From an uncultured archaeon (lineage in GTDB: Archaea; Thermoproteota; Nitrososphaeria; Nitrososphaerales; Gagatemarchaeaceae), in the NCBI GenBank assembly GCA_963799775.1, contig CAWCYD010000003.1, positions 544,001 to 608,000 on the forward strand: a DNA stretch of 64,000 nucleotides. The letters are read 5' to 3'. This document shows positions 1-11,428 of the stretch, piece after piece. Both the position numbers and the translations under genes were made by a program. Position 1 is the stretch's first letter. Every line of letters begins with the position of its first letter. Under the pieces are notes generated by a model, which was not told the DNA's origin, ran no database searches, and saw only the letters and a program-made list of their open reading frames with translations.

Positions 1-235
1 GGTGGAGGCCCTTGCTGAGGGCTTCAGAGCGCTGCCGCTTGTAGAGGATGTAAGAGTTCGTCATCAGGACCTTGAAGCCCATCGACTCGAACTGTGAGAC
101 GGGGATGTCTCGCCAGACCGGGTGAATCACGGGAGTTAGGCATGGGGTCTCGAAGCTCTTTTTGCCCACGGTGACGACCCCGATTCGCCCCATGAGGTCG
201 GTCTCCCGGACCTCAAAGGAAAACGGGGTAGGCAT
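1..235 (-). CDS. tgtA: Archaeosine tRNA-guanine(15) transglycosylase, N-terminal part (runs off window)
   Basis: Not in ORF track. Manual translation from ATG at 235: MPTPFSFEVRETDLMGRIGVVTVGKKSFETPCLTPVIHP...GFKVLMTNSYILYK...KGLH, matching the archaeal TGT N-terminus. Confidence 0.88.
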   Translation of the reverse strand, partial: MPTPFSFEVRETDLMGRIGVVTVGKKSFETPCLTPVIHPVWRDIPVSQFESMGFKVLMTNSYILYKRQRSEALSKGLH

Positions 236-362
236 CGCTGGGACGGCCGTTCGCTGATAGACATATCAGGATTCCTAGGGGCCAGGAAGCCAGGCCGTCG
301 CAAGCAGTCGAGCAAAACGCTTATCCAAACAAGGCCTGCTACAACCAACCGAAGGACAAGGG

Positions 363-593
363 ATGTCGCGGCGTCGCGTTGCAAGCTTCAGGATGCAGCT
401 CCTAGTTGCCCTGTGCATCCTCGTCGGGCTCTTCTTCGTCGAATATCCTCCAATATTCCTAGTGGGCTATTGGGCTTGGGGAGCCCTCGTACACAAGACG
501 CTGTCGGGAGTGTTTATCGTCCTGAACCTGTTGATCACACAATATGCGACTAGGCGCCTGGGTTTCTTTCAGAGCGCCACGATCAAGGCCTGA
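363..593 (+). CDS. Small two-TM membrane protein
   Basis: 76 aa with two hydrophobic stretches, fills an intergenic gap. Confidence 0.5.
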   Translation: MSRRRVASFRMQLLVALCILVGLFFVEYPPIFLVGYWAWGALVHKTLSGVFIVLNLLITQYATRRLGFFQSATIKA

Positions 594-621
594 AAGCTGG
601 GCGAGCCGCGGACCCGCTAGT

Positions 622-2380
622 CTACGCCGTCCCGAAGGCCCTTCGTGACTTGGCCTTGTGGTCGCTCGAGCGTTTGAACCTCTCCTCTTCGTCGACGTTG
701 GCCCGCTCGTGGTACCCGAAGCTCTCCCAGTATCCGTCGACGTATTCGGGGATGAACTCTATCTTCGTCAGCCACTTGGCGCTCTTCCAGCCGTAGAGGT
801 GAGGCATGAAAGGCCGGGCGGGGAACCCTTGCTCTGCCGAGAGGGGCTTCCCGTTCATCTTCAGGGCGACGATAGAGTCCGGCCGCAGGGCGTCCTCGAC
901 GGGTATAGGGGCCGTGTAGCCATCTGCGCAGTGGAACATCACCCACTTCGCTTCCTGCTTCACCTTGGCGGCGTCTGCCAGGTACTTGATCGGCACGCCC
1001 TCCCAGAGGGGTCGCTCGATGGACCACGAGGTAACGCAGTCTTGAGTAACGAACGGCGAAAGCATCGTGAATGCGGGCGGCGCCTGGAAATCATAGACGC
1101 TACCCGTGTACCAATCGGACCAGACTCTTCGTATGGGATAGTAGAATCCTTCTGGCGTCTCCTTGTAGTGCATCCTGTCCACCCGTTCCTTCGTCCTGAA
1201 GTCAGGGATGAGGCTGCTAATCTTGCTCCCACAGACCCTAACGCTATACGCCATCCTTACGGAGCCCGGGTGATTTACTAGTTCCCCAGGTACGCCCAGC
1301 TTTGACAGCGCCAGGAGGAGTTGATACGCGAGGATTCTGGAGGAGGTTGTGAAGTCAATAAGCTCCGACCTGGTTTTTTCGATGGCCTCCTTTGTATATC
1401 CGTCCCCCCGGAGGTACCTTTCAAGGAATTCTCTAACGGACCTTGGGCTCGGCGTCCATGATGAAATCGGGTATGTATTTGTTCGCGGCTCCGATTCCAC
1501 ACCAGTCAGCGAATATCGTACGAAGACGACCGGCTCGACTGCTCGTCGCCACGACGGTCATTCCTGTCCCCCTCTCGTTGAGGTAAGTCCCCATCCGAGC
1601 TCCCATCAAATCCTCCATGAGCTCGATTATCTCGAGCCTGTGCTCTTGCTCTGAGCTATTCAGGGCGAATGCCACAGCCCGATCGTAACTGCTTGCAGCG
1701 GATCCCTCTGCTAGGTACCATCCGAGCAGCCTGGCAAGCTTCTCGTCAATACTGAAGGTGACGCCTTGCGACGTGACTCGTTGTTCGGGGGAGATGAACT
1801 TGTATTTCGGAAAGAAAACATAGTCTCCCTGCTTCAACGCGTCTCCCCTTATCCACTCAGCTCTCCATCCCTGTCGGAAGGTCAATTTTCTCCGCTTGCT
1901 CCTCGCCTTCCCGTAACCTGGATGGGCGCGAACCGCCCAAACTGGGTGGTCCGGGGTCAACAACACGGTAGGAAGATAGCTGGCCTTCACGCCGATGACC
2001 TGCCCGCTGTGGGGGATACGAACGAGTTCGGTCACCTTGTGATTAAGACCATCGTGGCCGACGATTTCCATGCCGGGACGGATGTCTTCGATTGCCAAGG
2101 GCCTGGGCTTCGCGTAGACCAGGCTACCCGGGAGAAGGCAGTGGAAGCTCTTCGAGTAGCTCGTCATGGGAAGCGTCATGAACTCCGCGTAACCGAAGAT
2201 GAGTGGGGTCTCCACCAAGCCGCTGACCTCCAGCCTCCACTTCGCTGGGTCCACGTGCTGGACGCCCATAGCAGCGTAGATGACGAACTTCTTGCCCCAC
2301 ACTTGGCCCGGCGGGAGGGGTTCTCTTGGTGCTGCAGCCGCCGTGGCGCTGGACTGTGACAAGATAGGCTGTTGCAACAC
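622..2380 (-). CDS. Sulfite oxidase/MsrP-like molybdopterin oxidoreductase interrupted by an intein (one indel near 1438)
   Basis: N-extein LPPGQ...[10 protein letters not shown]...SFH; C-extein CVTSWS...DGYTAPIP...GFPARP...[10 protein letters not shown]...GYWE..GYH. Confidence 0.9.
1039..2140 (-). mobile_element. Intein with LAGLIDADG homing endonuclease
   Basis: Block A CLLPGSLV, block [18 protein letters not shown] and [10 protein letters not shown], block F VYDF, ends VTQD before +1 Cys. Confidence 0.92.
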
Positions 2381-2545
2381 ATCCGCTGGATAAAACGCTT
2401 ACTCGCGCATGAACCGACTCGATGAACCGACTTTTTACGCTGCCCCCCGCTTGCACGACGTGGCGCCCATGGCGACCTGATATTCGAAATCCATTGGGTA
2501 TAAATAACGTCAGCCAAGTGAAATATTTCAGGAAAACGGCAAGCT

Positions 2546-3367
2546 ATGCCCGCTCATGTGGAGGCTGACCATATCGATGCCCGCGAGGCCCCCGTCCACG
2601 ACGCCAGGGAGATAGTCACAATATTATACAAAAAGAACCACAGGCTCTTCCAGATAGCGTTTCGGTCTCCGCTCCAAGTAGGCCCTTTGGGTCAAGTATG
2701 GACTGCTCTGATAGGAATGGGGGTCAAAATCCGTCATACCACGATGTATAGCACCGACGGAAACACCGGAATTTGGAACGTCTTCTTGGACTCGGAAGAC
2801 TACGGCTTGACATCGAAGGCCCTGAGGTCCAAGTTGGAGAGCGTCTCGATTCTCAGCAGTCTTAGAATCACTCAGGGAGACGAACTCGTCGCGGACCAGC
2901 TGTTCTTTCCTATAGTCGGGTCCACAGGAAATCGACTGATGATTCTTAGTCAAGTGGCGTTTCAGGGCATGCTCACCAAGATGGACTCGGTGCTCGGAAC
3001 GGGAGAGAGCGTGATAGCCTATCAAGAAGGCCGCGCCATAGGCGCCGCGCAAGGGGAAGGAATCATGTCGCTGGTTGGCGGAGACTCGAGGAAGCATCTG
3101 GGCGAAATCGCCAAGGTCTTGACCGCCATGGGGGCAGGGATCTGCGAGATCGTCGAGATGGACCTCGATAACCTTCATTTCGTACTGCGGCTGAGAGAAA
3201 GCCTGGAGTGCCAAGGCAAGACTTCGGAACAACCGAGGGGATACTGGCTGAAGGGAATCCTAGAGGGGGGAGCCTCCGCGCTGCTAGAAACGCCGATGGT
3301 CTGCCAGGAGCGAAAGTGCCTCGCAGTGGGAGACCCCTATTGCGAATTCGAGCTGTCTGCCAGCTAA
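2546..3367 (+). CDS. ACT-like plus V4R domain protein
   Basis: C-terminal ESLEC...G.LEG...E.KCLAVGDPYCEFEL V4R signature. Confidence 0.85.
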   Translation: MPAHVEADHIDAREAPVHDAREIVTILYKKNHRLFQIAFRSPLQVGPLGQVWTALIGMGVKIRHTTMYSTDGNTGIWNVFLDSEDYGLTSKALRSKLESVSILSSLRITQGDELVADQLFFPIVGSTGNRLMILSQVAFQGMLTKMDSVLGTGESVIAYQEGRAIGAAQGEGIMSLVGGDSRKHLGEIAKVLTAMGAGICEIVEMDLDNLHFVLRLRESLECQGKTSEQPRGYWLKGILEGGASALLETPMVCQERKCLAVGDPYCEFELSAS

Positions 3368-3594
3368 GGGCGAGAGGCACCGCCGGGATGCTTAACGTCC
3401 GGCGGAAGCGAGCGAAGTCACTCTAAAAGGGTAAGGAACACAGTTTTTGTCAAAGGATAGATCCGGAGCAAAACGCTTTTCCCGACTCGACGAGGCGCCT
3501 CCTTCTCTAGGCGCCTAGGGCAGCCAGAGTGACCCCTGACCACAGTTTTATACGCCTTGGGAAGAGGCCTCCAGAAGGACATAGCCATCACGCC

Positions 3595-4059
3595 ATGAAG
3601 TTGTCAGCAACGACAAGCAGTTCTTCCGGCCAGACTCAAACACGACGCGGCCCTGCCCTATTGCCGATAGTGATACTCGTCCTGATAGCCATCGTGCTCG
3701 TGGCCACCGGAGTCGGCGTGGCAGGAAGCATAGGGGGCCCCACCAGCTATGCCTGCATGAGCGTATCGCACTCTGGTAGTGACGTCAAGGTCACGACGAG
3801 CGGGCTCATACACTACGTAAAGTCGCAATACTACATCAGCTGCAACGAAGGATCGCCACTTCCAACAAGCGGATACAAGTACTCTTGCCTCACCATCTCT
3901 CCGCAGGTGATTCTCGCCCCAATCGGTGTCGGCGCCTCCACGGAATACTACTACGTCTCCGGCGGAGCGAACGGGATTGCCGTCCAGGGAGCTCCCCAGA
4001 TGGCAAACGGGACAGAGATAATCAATCCGACTAACGTCAGCTTGCAGGCATCCTGCTAG
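3595..4059 (+). CDS. Membrane-anchored hypothetical protein
   Basis: N-terminal TM followed by Cys-containing beta-rich domain. Confidence 0.65.
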   Translation: MKLSATTSSSSGQTQTRRGPALLPIVILVLIAIVLVATGVGVAGSIGGPTSYACMSVSHSGSDVKVTTSGLIHYVKSQYYISCNEGSPLPTSGYKYSCLTISPQVILAPIGVGASTEYYYVSGGANGIAVQGAPQMANGTEIINPTNVSLQASC

Positions 4060-4185
4060 GCCTCGTTCTTCGGACTCCCAACGCCAATCTCTGCGAAAAT
4101 CTCTCTGAGACTCTCCGTCTAGTCGGATTCGATTAAATACGCCACCAATAGGAGGCGTGGCCGAGCCGAGGAATACCTAGAGAGA

Positions 4186-5409
4186 ATGTCATCATCTTCT
4201 TCTTACCCATATCTCAGCAGACTGGAAAGCGCGTTGAAGCAGCACGAGACCTGGAGGCTCGGAGAGTGCCTGAACATGATAGCCTCCGAGAACTTCAGCA
4301 GCCCTCAGACGAGGGGGATGCTGGTCAGCGACTTTGCGAACCGCTACACAGCCCCTGACCACTTCTACAGGGGCGCCAAGTTCCTGGACGAGGTCCAGGC
4401 GCTCGCGGAGGAGGTCGCGCGCAAGGTCTACAGCGCGAAGTTCGCTGACGTCAGGTTCACCTCGGGTCACGCGGCCGACCTGGCTCTCCTATTGACGCTC
4501 GTCGAGAAGGGGGACACGATCATGTCCGCGCCGCTCGAGAAGGGCGGGTACCCTGGCATCTCGCATATCGGGCTAGGGAGGATACTCGGGCTCAAGAACT
4601 CCTACTTCGCGTTCGACGACAAGACGTTCAACGTCGACGTCAAGGCTACCAAGAGCCGAATCGAGATGGAGGCGCCCAAGCTGATCATCTTCGGCTCGAG
4701 CTTCATCCCCTTCCCCCACCCCGTAAGGGAGATTTCCAGCTTCGTGGACGGCGACGCGATCTGCGTATACGACGGGTCGCACGTGATGGGCCTGATCGCG
4801 GGCGGCGAATTCCAGGACCCACTTCGCGAAGGATGCTCGCTCATCATCGGCTCAACCCACAAGAGCCTTCCTGGTCCGCAAGGGGGCCTGATGCTCGGCA
4901 ACAACGAGGCGATCTTCAGCAAGGTCAGCTCGCAGATACACCCGGGGATTATCGACAACGTGCACTGGAACAGGGTGGCGGCACTGGCGGTAACCCTCCT
5001 AGAGATGATGCAGTTCGGCAAGTCCTACGCCCAGGCGGTCGTCAAAAACTCCCAGGCGCTGGGCAAGGGGCTGGCAGACAGGGCCATCCCGGTCAAGGGC
5101 GCCTCGCAGGGATACTCAAAGTCCCACCAGCTCATCCTGGACTGCGAAAAGCCACGGGCCGAGCTCTACGCCAAGAGGCTCGAGGAGGCCAACATAATCA
5201 TCGACAACGGGGGCAGGGTAGGGACCGCAGAGGCGACCCGCATGGGCATGGGTCCGAATGAGATGGATCAGATCGCCGAGCTGATGAGCACGGCCATGCA
5301 GGGGAGGAAGCCCGCGGACTTTGTCAAGAAGAAGGTGAAGTCCCTCACCAAGGACTTCCGGACTCCTCGCTACGTCCTGCGGACGGTCGCGGAAGCCAGA
5401 GTGGACTAG
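4186..5409 (+). CDS. glyA: Serine hydroxymethyltransferase
   Basis: [13 protein letters not shown] and [13 protein letters not shown] (PLP lysine). Confidence 0.96.
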   Translation: MSSSSSYPYLSRLESALKQHETWRLGECLNMIASENFSSPQTRGMLVSDFANRYTAPDHFYRGAKFLDEVQALAEEVARKVYSAKFADVRFTSGHAADLALLLTLVEKGDTIMSAPLEKGGYPGISHIGLGRILGLKNSYFAFDDKTFNVDVKATKSRIEMEAPKLIIFGSSFIPFPHPVREISSFVDGDAICVYDGSHVMGLIAGGEFQDPLREGCSLIIGSTHKSLPGPQGGLMLGNNEAIFSKVSSQIHPGIIDNVHWNRVAALAVTLLEMMQFGKSYAQAVVKNSQALGKGLADRAIPVKGASQGYSKSHQLILDCEKPRAELYAKRLEEANIIIDNGGRVGTAEATRMGMGPNEMDQIAELMSTAMQGRKPADFVKKKVKSLTKDFRTPRYVLRTVAEARVD

Positions 5410-5413
5410 TCGC

Positions 5414-6467
5414 TCAGTTCGCGCGGGCCTGGACAGCCTGCATCTTCATGGGCTCGGCGATGCCCATCGTGCTGTTGGTCATCCGGACCGACTCTGCCTG
5501 GCTCATCGTCCCCATCATGGCCCGGATCGCGTCCACGTTCTCGGGCACGACGATCGACTCCTGCTGGACTCCCAAGAAGAGATAGAGCTCGTTCTCGTCC
5601 ACCACGGTCACCGACTCCTTCCAGATCGCCGCCTCGTAGACGTCGTTCTTGGGCCTTCCCTTCCACCTGGCCCAGTCTATGACGTGCGAAGTCGATTTGA
5701 AACCTTCTTTCCCGGCGATGACCATGATCCGGTTCTCTCTCTGGAAAGCGCTGACGACCTCCTCCGCTGTCGCCTTCTTCCCAAGGGTGATTATGAGGGA
5801 GTGGAGGTGCATGTGCGTTGTCGGAATCTTGATTGCCATCGTGGTGATGTTGATGTCGGGCAAGACGGTCATCACGTCCGGGCCGTGGTGAGACGGTAGG
5901 GTAACCGGGTCCGGCACGACCGCGTCGATGGTGCCCCTTCCCAACCTCCTGCGGATCCGCAGCCCTGCGCGCCAAGACTGCTCTGGCCTTCTTGACGCCG
6001 AAGTTGGTCTGCAGAGCGTGCAGCGTCCTGCAAAGGCCCGTCGTGTTGCAGCTGACGACCCTGATGAACCTGCGTCCCTTGGCGCCGTCGTAATTGCAAT
6101 TGGAGTTGAACGAGAAGCCGGTGAGCTCGTGCTCCTCCCCGCCCTCGAAGATGGCTCTGACGCCCGCCTTCTCATACATCTCCTTGTTCCCCGAGGCGAT
6201 TTCCTCCCCTGTGGCCTCGATCATGACATCGACCTTCTTCATCAGGTCTTGGAGGCTTCCGACAGTCTGAATCCTCGCCTTGGCAAACTTCGCCTTGCCG
6301 TCGTCGTCCAGGTGATAGATCTGGACGCCCTTGTCGACCGCAATCCGGGCCTTGTAGTCCGGAGTGAACTTTGTCACCCCGACAAGCTCCATGTCCTTCT
6401 GCATCATGACAGCGTCAGCGACTCTGCCGCCTATGGTCCCATAGCCGTTCACGCCCACTTTAATCAT
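5414..6467 (-). CDS. gap: Archaeal type II glyceraldehyde-3-phosphate dehydrogenase (indel near 5940)
   Basis: [46 protein letters not shown] across two frames. Confidence 0.95.
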
Positions 6468-6791
6468 TGGCAAGCACCCTCTGGCTGCGGGATTTAAAGA
6501 GCCTTTGGACTTTCTGGTTGTTTCGCTTCGACAAAGAGGATTGCGGAAGCGTATTGACGCCTTCAAACTTTTCTGGGTGGCGATGCCAGCTCGACTTGGT
6601 CTCGGCCGCGAGGAAACGGACACAAGGACCGGTAGCCGGCAAGTACGTAGCGCCGGGCCATTGGTTGCCGACCGGCAATGTCGGGTGACTACAATAATTG
6701 TGTGTCTATGCGTGTAAAGACGTAGGATTTGGAATACAATTGCAATCTTACAAGTAAGACGATTCTCCTCTCGTGTAGTGCTTGGAGATAG

Positions 6792-7637
6792 CTAGGTCGG
6801 AAGCAGGCCCGGAGTCAAATTGAAGGTCGCTACAATGGCTCCCAATGAGATAGCCACGACCCCGAGAAACAAGGTGATGATGTAGACGTGTTTCGTCCGT
6901 GCAAATCTCAGGAGGGCGCCTATGACTATGAAGCTTGTCACCGCAGCGGTAGCCAGGGCTACAGCGATCCCCGAGGCATCGAAGGTCGTCAAAGCAGTTC
7001 CGATCTCAGGTCGGCTGAAGACAATGGTGGTAAGAAAGCCGCCAAGGGAGGCAGGCATGTAAGCTAGGTACGAGAGCTTGAACGCCTCGCGGGGAGCGAC
7101 TCGCATGAACAACATGGTCGAGACGGTCATCCCGGACCTGCTGACCCCTGGAAGGGCCGCGAGGCCCTGTGCGGCGCCGATGATGAGATACTGCTTCCAT
7201 GAGAGGGTGCCGAGGCTCCCCGAATGAGGCTGCTTCCTCGAGTATCGGATGTAGAGCCCGTCAAAGATGAGGAAGGCTCCCAGGACCATCATCGGATAGC
7301 CGAGGTTGTATGCGTTGGCGAGGAGCTTCTCGCTGAGCAAGTAGAGGGGCACCCCCTCAAGGCCAGTGATTATCGTGACGACCAACAGGAAGACAAGGAG
7401 CTTTCGGTCGTGAAAGAGGGAGAGGATGTCCTTTCGAAAGTAAGCTAGCGCCGCGACGAGAGAGCCCACCTCCATGAAGAGGCCGAACGCGTACGCGACG
7501 GTCAGGGGGAAGCCGAAGAGAAAGGAAGAGACCAAGAGAACCTGCGTCTTGCTGCTGATCGGGAGCCACTCTGAGACGCCTTGGACGAGTCCGACGATGA
7601 TCGAATAGAGCAGGTTCGACAAGGCTCGCGAAAGCAT
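6792..7637 (-). CDS. uppP: Undecaprenyl-diphosphate phosphatase (BacA family)
   Basis: GLVQGVSEWLPISSK and PGVSRSG motifs, multi-TM. Confidence 0.93.
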   Translation of the reverse strand: MLSRALSNLLYSIIVGLVQGVSEWLPISSKTQVLLVSSFLFGFPLTVAYAFGLFMEVGSLVAALAYFRKDILSLFHDRKLLVFLLVVTIITGLEGVPLYLLSEKLLANAYNLGYPMMVLGAFLIFDGLYIRYSRKQPHSGSLGTLSWKQYLIIGAAQGLAALPGVSRSGMTVSTMLFMRVAPREAFKLSYLAYMPASLGGFLTTIVFSRPEIGTALTTFDASGIAVALATAAVTSFIVIGALLRFARTKHVYIITLFLGVVAISLGAIVATFNLTPGLLPT

Positions 7638-7739
7638 CGGTCTTCCAAATGTCTACTTAACCTCTCCAAGATTCGAGAGCTCACCGGGGTCGGCCTTCGC
7701 TGCCCCACCTTATATCGTCAGTATGGGCAATCGCCTGTC

Positions 7740-8108
7740 GTGAGTGAAGCCGACCTTCGGGTGGCGATGCTTGAGGCCTTGGAGCGCTACCTCTCCAAGA
7801 GGAGGCTGGTCAATGTCACTAGGGTCGCGGTGGCTGGACGGGAGCAACCCCGGAATGTCAATGGTTTCGTTCCTGACATTGAAGGTATGACTTCAATCAT
7901 CGGGCAGCCCGCATACGGGGTCGCGGAGAAGTGCGATACCTACGCTGCGGAAGGAGCTCGTGCGCGTCTGGACGCGCTCTCGCGAACTTCGTCGCATGCG
8001 GTATTCTTGCTTGTGCCACGTTCATGCTACGATCGCGCAAAGGAATACGTCGAGATTAGCCTTCCGGGGCGAAATATCGAGGTATTGCCATACGGTAAGA
8101 AAGATTGA
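7740..8108 (+). CDS. Hypothetical protein, possibly PD-(D/E)xK-like fold
   Basis: FVPDIEG...GVAEK pattern; GTG start inferred from upstream TTATA. Confidence 0.5.
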   Translation: MSEADLRVAMLEALERYLSKRRLVNVTRVAVAGREQPRNVNGFVPDIEGMTSIIGQPAYGVAEKCDTYAAEGARARLDALSRTSSHAVFLLVPRSCYDRAKEYVEISLPGRNIEVLPYGKKD

Positions 8109-8262
8109 ACATCTTAACGTCTGGTCTACATGAGCCCAAGACGAGTCGTTTCTTTTGAGAACTCACAATGACGTCCTAAGGATAAATTGGCCTCGCTCCG
8201 ATGATCAAGGTGCGCGCCCTCGCTACAGTTATATACAGAAAGCGACCACGTATCTATTTGTT

Positions 8263-8829
8263 TTGGTGAACAAAGTCACCGTCGGTGTTCTCGTCACACT
8301 CTCTGCGTTATTGGCGGTCCCGTTTGCCATAAGTTACGCGACTGGATCCGCATCACAGGTTCCTACACCGTCTGGTCAACTCTTTCAGTTTCAAGACATG
8401 ATCGGCAATGAGTGCACACCCGCCGCCGGCTATACTCAACCTCCGCAGTGTGGAGGCAACCCATCACCCGCAGTGGCAGGAATTAACCCGGCTGGCGCGC
8501 CATGGGTTGTGAACCAGCAGGCGCAGGTCCAGCTCAACGGAAACGGCCAACTGCAGGTCAACATCCAGGGGCTTGTGCACGCCAGCGGTGCGAATACTGG
8601 CTTGTCGGGCGGGGCGAATGTCGTAGCAACGCTAGCATGCCAAGTCACAGCGACGACCTGGAGCTACACCACAACTGGCTTCGTGCAGCTGGACCCGAAC
8701 GGTAACGCGCAGATAAACCAAGTAGTAACCCTCCCCAGCTCTCCATGTTATGGGGCCATAGTTCTGGTTAGGTCTTACAGCACGACCACGGGCCTAGCAG
8801 GCAATTGGTTCGCGGTCACGGGCTACTAG
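8263..8829 (+). CDS. Secreted Gln/Asn-rich beta protein
   Basis: Signal peptide, paired Cys, upstream TTATATA. Confidence 0.7.
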   Translation: MVNKVTVGVLVTLSALLAVPFAISYATGSASQVPTPSGQLFQFQDMIGNECTPAAGYTQPPQCGGNPSPAVAGINPAGAPWVVNQQAQVQLNGNGQLQVNIQGLVHASGANTGLSGGANVVATLACQVTATTWSYTTTGFVQLDPNGNAQINQVVTLPSSPCYGAIVLVRSYSTTTGLAGNWFAVTGY

Positions 8830-8954
8830 AGTCCTAGCCGCGGGTTCCAAGAAAACGGTTGCAGCTCACGCGAGTGCGTCGGAGGCCCGCGTGCAGTTTG
8901 TCTAAAAGACGCCTATGGAAGGAGCAAGCCCAGCGTTTCCCCCTTGCAATATAA

Positions 8955-8978
8955 ATCGACCTCGATATCGACTTCGAT
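8955..8978. repeat. 24-bp quasi-palindromic element, copy 1
   Basis: ATCGACCTCGATATCGACTTCGAT, intergenic. Confidence 0.75.
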
Positions 8979-8998
8979 AACTCACTGGGAGCGGATGA

Positions 8999-9436
8999 TT
9001 AGTTGCTTTGGACCTTGACGAGGTCGTTCCAGCCCTTGGCAAGCTGCCAGGCCTGCTTCACAAAACCGCCTTGGGGCCCCCTCTCCGGGATGGGCTGGAG
9101 CTTGAGCTGGTAGACTGCCTCGGTCTTCTTGCGCTTTTCGTCCCATATGAGCACGTCTTTCTCGATGAAGCCGAGATCGAGCAGCTTCCTGAGCAACTTG
9201 ACGTAGAAGTTGTGATAGCTATATTTCACTCCGAGCTTTCCCTCCCCGAGGTCTTTGGCAAAGAACCTCAATTGCCTCTTGGTCATCGCCAGATGTTGGT
9301 CCCCTCTCATCCTCTCGACCAGGATCTTCGCGGCCAAGATCGTGTCCTCACGGTCGCCGAACAACAGCGTGAGTATGTCCCCGTTGGAAACTGTCTTGTC
9401 GTTCCAGTACAACTTGATCGACTTCGGGGAAGACAT
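8999..9436 (-). CDS. Conserved hypothetical protein, winged-helix-like
   Basis: FYVKLLRKLLDLGFIEK helix-wing pattern, strong coding bias. Confidence 0.75.
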   Translation of the reverse strand: MSSPKSIKLYWNDKTVSNGDILTLLFGDREDTILAAKILVERMRGDQHLAMTKRQLRFFAKDLGEGKLGVKYSYHNFYVKLLRKLLDLGFIEKDVLIWDEKRKKTEAVYQLKLQPIPERGPQGGFVKQAWQLAKGWNDLVKVQSN

Positions 9437-9617
9437 CTACCCCAGTAGTTCCCCTGCAGGGTCTATTCTCTTGCCCGGGTGAAATGCGTTGAGCGTGTGC
9501 TCAAAATGTCCTCAGTTGAACCGCAAGATATCCGAGAATCTTCGTCCCTTGACGAATTGCACTAGTTAGATTCATGCTCACAGAAGCTGTATATCTTCGA
9601 CAATCGAAGAACAACGC

Positions 9618-10070
9618 ATGTCGACAAGTGACGGACCTGCATTACTGAGCCTCTCAGAGCAAAGAAAGGAAGAGGCTGGCCAGTTGAAGTTCTGGTCTCC
9701 GGAGTTTTTCGAGCTCGCTTCGCGGTCCTTGAACAGCAACCCGGTCTTCTCTCCAATCTTCAAGGGGATACGGACGACTATCCTGGCCGAGTCAACGGAT
9801 TCAGGAGGCTCGTACCTGATTCGCATCGCCGACGGCGTGATTTCGGTGAGACCGGCCGTGCAGGGGGAGCGTGCCGATTTCCGGTTCAGCGCCCCCTACT
9901 CGGAATGGGTCGCCGTGGTGAGAGACGGCGTTGAGCTGCGAGGAGACGTCGTGAAAGGGAAGGTCAAGTTCAGGGGTTCCATGCCAATGATGCTGCTTAT
10001 GCTGGGGAAGGTGTCGCGCGCTGAGAAGGAGATTGTTTCGCAGATGCGGTCCATGAGGCCGGAGTACTAG
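9618..10070 (+). CDS. SCP2 sterol/lipid-binding domain protein
   Basis: ADF.FSAPY..W...G...KGKVKFRGSM..LL. Confidence 0.8.
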   Translation: MSTSDGPALLSLSEQRKEEAGQLKFWSPEFFELASRSLNSNPVFSPIFKGIRTTILAESTDSGGSYLIRIADGVISVRPAVQGERADFRFSAPYSEWVAVVRDGVELRGDVVKGKVKFRGSMPMMLLMLGKVSRAEKEIVSQMRSMRPEY

Positions 10071-10082
10071 GAGGGATGGTCC

Positions 10083-11058
10083 ATGGCGAAGATCAGAGTC
10101 TACACATCCTTCTCCTTCATGCTTGACACATTCGACGTCTCACTGAGGTCGCGATACCCCGATGACCACCTCCACCTCATCACGTTCAGGGACCACCCCA
10201 AGATGGTCTACGAAAGGATCGTCCGTGAGGTCAAAGACGAAGGCCGCTCTGCGGACATCATCATCGGGCCTCACTGGATGGTCATGAACCTCCTCCTGAA
10301 CGGATACCTCCGGGCATATGAGAGCCCCGAATTCGCCCAGTACAAGCCCGAGTACTACGATGCCAAGGCGGGATGGTGCGGGATGGCTCTCTCTCCGGTG
10401 GGAATGTGCTACAACAGCGACCGGGTCAAGGAGGCTGACGAGCCCTCAGGGCTCTGGGACCTGGTGGGGGGAAGGTGGAAGAACAGACTTGCAGTCCATG
10501 AGATCACCGAGAACAAGGAGGGCCAGATGGGGCTGACCTACCTCACCGTCTTGCGTGAGGTCATGGGAGAGTCCAAATGGACCGAGTTCGTAAAGTCGAT
10601 GTTCCTCTCGCGGCCCACGACGTACGACTGCATGCCTGAGATGGCCCTCAACATCGCATTGGGGAACAACGAGGTCGGCTTCCCGGCGACCCTTTCGTGC
10701 GTCGCCTACTACGTCGAGATGCAGGCCAGGGCTGTGAAGCACAAGATGCCGAAAGACGTCCCATACATGGTGACCTTCGCACCCACAATCGGGATACTCA
10801 AGCACGGGGAGTAACCGAAACTGGGCCGAGAGGGCGTTCGACTACGGCATCTCAGAGGACTGGCAGTCAAAGGTGGAGTCGTTCGGGGGGAAGATTCCAA
10901 TGAGGACGGGCGTGGCGGCCGCGTCGACTATACCCAGCGATGCCAAGATCTTCCCGACATTGGCTCACGCGAGGAAGATTCCCGAGACTAGGGAGGCGGT
11001 CCTCCGCATCCGCGAATCGGTAGTGCCCGGAATCCAGCCATTGCACGTGACGAGCTAG
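10083..11058 (+). CDS. ABC-type substrate-binding protein, Fe3+/thiamine-like (indel near 10810)
   Basis: ADII, YNSDRV..P....DL...WK motifs; continues in 10873..11058 frame; no signal peptide seen. Confidence 0.75.
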
Positions 11059-11428
11059 GTCAGAGTTAGGCGTGGCCGGTCCAGACTGGCCCCAAACCCA
11101 CCTGACATTTGCGAGAGGCCCTCTGCAAGAAGTTCCCCTCTGGGGTCCAGACGCTTGCGTGAGCCGCAAAATGTTTAGTGTATGCTCTAGGGTCACTAAC
11201 CTACCCCTAGGAGCAAAGGATGGTGATGGCTGGACGGAGGCATATCGGTGTGGAGTCTGTGACCCTGCAGGAGAACAACGATTGGGGCGACCCCGTGTGT
11301 CGCCGCTGCATCTCGGATGTGCGCCCAAGGGAATGCCCCGTGCTTGGTCCGAGGCTCACGGATCGGACTTCTATGGGTCCGATACCATGCTGTCCGAGGC
11401 CTAACTCTGCCTCTCGTGAGCGGTGATG

